DNA of 42,894 nucleotides. Origin: Pseudomonadota bacterium. Its GTDB lineage: Bacteria > Desulfobacterota > Desulfobacteria > Desulfobacterales > JBDRRP01. A model generated the notes under the pieces. That model did not search any database. It was not told the DNA's origin and saw only the letters and a list, made by a program, of their open reading frames with translations. The DNA lies in contig JBDRRP010000062.1 of NCBI GenBank assembly GCA_043825735.1, forward strand, positions 62,001-104,894. The letters run 5' to 3'. Of the stretch, positions 39,653 through 42,894 are shown piece after piece; positions within the stretch are counted from its first letter, which is position 1; every line of letters begins with the position of its first letter. The position numbers and the translations under genes are program-made.

Positions 39653-41140
39653 CTATTCCTTGCCGCCCAGCTTCGGCTCCAGGTTTCGCATTGCTGAGTC
39701 GTCCAGTTCCTTGTCGATGCCAGCCAAGTAGCGGGCGAGTTTCTTTTTGTCTTTAAAATCGTATCCGATATTCAGTGCGATGGTTTCCATAATCGGCGAG
39801 CCGCCCCCATGGACGCCGGCGATCTTGTACCAGGACGCCATGCCGGATACGCCGATGTTTTCTACCAGCTGCCAGATTTTCAAAGACTCCTCCGAAGAGA
39901 TGTCTGGATTCCTCACAATGAACCGCTTCATTGCTTCCGCATGGTCTCCTTTTTCGAAATCTTCATCAAAAGGCATTGTTACGGCGATACCACCGGCAAT
40001 TTCAGTCAGAATGTTGTATTCGTGATAAATCATCTCTCCGGTAAGCCGCCGCCCCACATTGGCGTAAATCTCATTGGGGAAAAACACGCCGCTGGCGGTC
40101 TTTTCGCCGTAAACCGCCGCTGCGACCCCGGCTGCGAATGCCAGTTCCGCTGCCCCGGCAAACTCCGAGAGTTTTTCTTTAACGTGCGAGGCCTTGGCGA
40201 TATTGTTCGCCTCTGCCGCCAATGACGTCGTTCCACAAAGGATGTCGGAAACCGCCGGCTTGCAGCCGCTGTAACTGTGCCGGTGGGAGTCAGCGAACAG
40301 CAGCGCCATCCGCCGGCCGAATTGCCATTCGCCGCACATGAAAACGCGCTCTTTTGGAACGAACACCTTGTCGAAGTAAACGATGCTGTCCGATACGCCG
40401 TACTTGCAAAACGGTGGCGCGTCCTTTTTGTCACTGCCGCGCAGCCAAACCGGACGGGTGATCAGACTCAGCCCGTCGGCATCCGCCGGAATCGCGAACG
40501 CCACCGCATAATCCCGGTCCGATGCCATCAGAGCTCGGGTTGGCAGAGCGATGATTTCATCGGCATAGGCGGCCTGGGTGATGGACATTTTAAATCCGCT
40601 GACCACGATACCGTCATCGCGCTCCTCAACGACACGTAGGTAGGCATCGGGATCTTCCTGCTCGCTGGGGCGCTTCATCCGATCGCCCTTGCTGTCGGTC
40701 TGTGCGCAGCAACCGTCGAGATCCTTGTCGTGATACATTTTCAGATAGTCGAGGAAGCGTTGGTGGTAATCGGTCCCGTTGGCATCATCCATTTCGCGGG
40801 TACACACCGCCAGGGCATTGATGGCATCGTGGCCCATGCAGCGCTGGATGCACCCACCGACACGGCGGGCGGCCAGTCGGATGAGTTTCTGCTTTTGGAT
40901 GAGATCGTGCGGATTCTGAGGCAGGTGCGCCCACCGGTTGATCTCTTTTCCGGTAACCGGTGATATGGCGGTGGCCACCCCTTTCCACTCGGGGTCCTGG
41001 GCAAGATCGAACGTCACGTCGAGCACATTGATCCCCGGCCGCAGTCTGGGGTCATCTCTGCCGACGCGCTCACCACCGATATAAATGTTCGGTCGCATTG
41101 AAAAAAGATCTTCATGATATTTTTCTTTTGTTCTCAACAT
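39653..41140 (-). CDS. 4-hydroxybutyryl-CoA dehydratase-like protein, divergent paralog
   Basis: GCIQRCMGHD, QTDSKGDR, HRHSYSGCK and GVHGGGSP. Confidence 0.85.
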   Translation of the reverse strand: MLRTKEKYHEDLFSMRPNIYIGGERVGRDDPRLRPGINVLDVTFDLAQDPEWKGVATAISPVTGKEINRWAHLPQNPHDLIQKQKLIRLAARRVGGCIQRCMGHDAINALAVCTREMDDANGTDYHQRFLDYLKMYHDKDLDGCCAQTDSKGDRMKRPSEQEDPDAYLRVVEERDDGIVVSGFKMSITQAAYADEIIALPTRALMASDRDYAVAFAIPADADGLSLITRPVWLRGSDKKDAPPFCKYGVSDSIVYFDKVFVPKERVFMCGEWQFGRRMALLFADSHRHSYSGCKPAVSDILCGTTSLAAEANNIAKASHVKEKLSEFAGAAELAFAAGVAAAVYGEKTASGVFFPNEIYANVGRRLTGEMIYHEYNILTEIAGGIAVTMPFDEDFEKGDHAEAMKRFIVRNPDISSEESLKIWQLVENIGVSGMASWYKIAGVHGGGSPIMETIALNIGYDFKDKKKLARYLAGIDKELDDSAMRNLEPKLGGKE

Positions 41141-41161
41141 ATCAGTATTCTCCCTAGTCTG

Positions 41162-42547
41162 TTATTCCAGCCCACCGGAGACATTAAGCGCCTGTCCGGT
41201 GAGATATTTGGAAGCATCTCGGATTAGAAAAAGCATTGCATCGGTCACATCGTATATTTCTCCGAGGCGTCCTGAAGGAATTTCTCTTGCCAACTCGTGC
41301 CGGTACGCTTTCTCGATTTTGAGGGGCCTAACGGCCCGGATATATCCGGGAACGATACAGTTTACATTGACGCCGAAGCCTGCAAGTTCCCTTGACATGG
41401 CACAACTCAGTGCCATGGTTCCGGCGCGGACCGTCTCGAACCGTATCGGCGCGGCAAATTTGTCCCACCCCCACGGAGCAATGAAAACGATTCGTCCGGA
41501 AGCGCGTGCCCCCATATGTTCCTTGAAATAGTCGCAGAGCTCCTGGGCACAACTCAGGTTATCCTCGAGTCTGCGACGCACATTGACGACATTCTCCTCT
41601 TTGGGCACGTCTGTCGTACCGATGCCCAGGTCATGCAGGTAAATATCGATCGGGCCATGCTGTGCTTCGATGTCCCGCAGCATGGCCGGCGTTATCCGCC
41701 CGGTTTCCGCTGCGGATATGATTGTCATGAGGCCCATTTCAGAATTCGGCGATACGGGAAACGGTGCTGCAGTGCTTTCATCACACACATGGGCCACAAC
41801 ACGAATTCCCTGCCCGACCAGCGCAGCGCAAATCCCCTGGCCGAGAACCGTTCCACCGTTGACGACCAGGGCGGTTTTCCCTTTCAGGGCGCCGGATTCC
41901 CGGCCCGCAGCTGCCGCTTTCCCTTCAGTGGCGAGCATGCCGTGAAACACGAGGTCCAGGATGGAACGCTCGGCTTCGAGCTGGCTGGAATGGGCTCTCA
42001 GATCCCAACGTTTGATGGTCCATGTGTCGATCATCGATTTGATCAGGTTGGCCGTCAGCCGTACATTGCATTCGCGCAGCCGGCCCTGGGCGATGCCTTC
42101 CTCGATGACGGTTTCAAATTTCTGCAGATGCGCGCGTTCTTTTTCCAGCAGGCGCCGGAGAAAATCACCCGTGAGAATGTGGCTCTCCTGGTAGATCAAT
42201 AAAAGTGCATCCGCCCATTGATCCATCAGGTTGAACTCTCCGCGCACCATTCTTCGAAGCTTGTCGATGGGGTCCTGAATGTTTTCCAGGCTCCGATTCA
42301 GGATTTCCATGGCGGAGCCGGCCAGAAAGTCGTGAATGAGGAAAAAGATATCCTCCTTGCTCCCGACATAATCGTATACATTGCCGTGGCTTAGGCCAGC
42401 CTCATCGGCCAATTCCTTGAGCGTGGTCTTGTGAAATCCTTTTTTGGAAAAGAGCTTTATCGCCGCGAGAATGATTTGGCGGCGCCGCTTTTCGACAAGG
42501 TCTTTGTTCTTTACGGTGGTCGGTATATCCATCGGAGGTTTTGCCAT
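41162..42547 (-). CDS. TetR family regulator fused to a degenerate SDR domain
   Basis: N-terminal RRQIILAAIKLFSKKGFHKTT..YDYVGSKEDI. C-terminal LKGKTALVVNGG..GVNVNCIVPG..YLTGQALNVSGG. One uninterrupted frame with an AGGAG RBS. Confidence 0.88.
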   Translation of the reverse strand: MAKPPMDIPTTVKNKDLVEKRRRQIILAAIKLFSKKGFHKTTLKELADEAGLSHGNVYDYVGSKEDIFFLIHDFLAGSAMEILNRSLENIQDPIDKLRRMVRGEFNLMDQWADALLLIYQESHILTGDFLRRLLEKERAHLQKFETVIEEGIAQGRLRECNVRLTANLIKSMIDTWTIKRWDLRAHSSQLEAERSILDLVFHGMLATEGKAAAAGRESGALKGKTALVVNGGTVLGQGICAALVGQGIRVVAHVCDESTAAPFPVSPNSEMGLMTIISAAETGRITPAMLRDIEAQHGPIDIYLHDLGIGTTDVPKEENVVNVRRRLEDNLSCAQELCDYFKEHMGARASGRIVFIAPWGWDKFAAPIRFETVRAGTMALSCAMSRELAGFGVNVNCIVPGYIRAVRPLKIEKAYRHELAREIPSGRLGEIYDVTDAMLFLIRDASKYLTGQALNVSGGLE

Positions 42548-42580
42548 GATGTCTCCTAAAACGGTTGCCAAAATATATTT

Positions 42581-42616
42581 TTCCGACTGACCATTCAGAT
42601 TCCGAACAACCATTCA
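42581..42616. promoter_or_regulatory. Tandem candidate TetR operators
   Basis: TTCCGACTGACCATTCA (42581) and TTCCGAACAACCATTCA (42600), just downstream of a minus-strand TTGACA (42642-42647). Confidence 0.6.
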
Positions 42617-42797
42617 CTTCATATTTCGAGACCCGCCCCACTGTCAAGGAAAAATGATTCATGATCAGCGACTGAGCGTCATATTGTTACGAACAATAGG
42701 AAAATTATCTCTATCCCAAGTTATTCAGGTAGGTTGCCGTTAGCTGCATTGAGGTGGAGGATTGATAGCTTATAATTGAAATCGGTGGATGGAAATC

Positions 42798-42836
42798 TGG
42801 TGTGGTGTGTGTGTGTGGGGGGGGGGGGGGGGGGGT
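42798..42836. repeat. Low-complexity (TG)n plus poly-G tract, probable sequencing or assembly artefact
   Basis: GTGTGTGT followed by about 19 G near the end of the window. Confidence 0.6.
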
Positions 42837-42894
42837 ATTGGCGGGAGGGACCAAAAAAACGCTTGAGCAAAATTTCACCACCCCAAAATGGGCA

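Noticed and set aside
42798..42894. G-rich tract as a G-quadruplex or phase-variable element
   Set aside because: A (TG)n plus poly-G run near the sequence end is typical of low-quality or two-colour sequencing artefacts. It needs read-level support.

Overview
A 42.9-kb chromosomal window from an anaerobic deltaproteobacterium, most like Desulfobacterales (inferred from gene content and order). The left part is core-like: a partial TMTC-type GT-C glycosyltransferase, a sigma54/PilR-driven type IVa pilin with an e-pilin-like aromatic pattern, pilR, pyrC, lepB, pgpA, larC and tRNA-Sec (selC). The rest is accessory metabolism: NADP-isocitrate dehydrogenase; a GntR-amidohydrolase-TctCBA module; a cNMP-binding/CPBP membrane fusion; two hypothetical genes; MarR with two 2-hydroxyacyl-CoA dehydratase subunits; a group 3d NiFe hydrogenase (hoxEFUYH) split by a palindromic MITE-like element; a tandem Usp; and a CBM48 protein with a degenerate glycogen synthase. 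It ends with a 14-kb co-oriented catabolic cluster: a TetR/pseudo-SDR fusion regulator, two 4-hydroxybutyryl-CoA dehydratase paralogs, a TRAP transporter, CoA ligase, SDR, M20 amidohydrolase, MDR reductase and an alpha/beta hydrolase. The best novelty candidates are that cluster and its regulator, the cNMP-CPBP fusion, and the pseudo-glycogen synthase. No CRISPR array, integrase or transposase was seen. All calls come from reading motifs by eye; no database searches were run.
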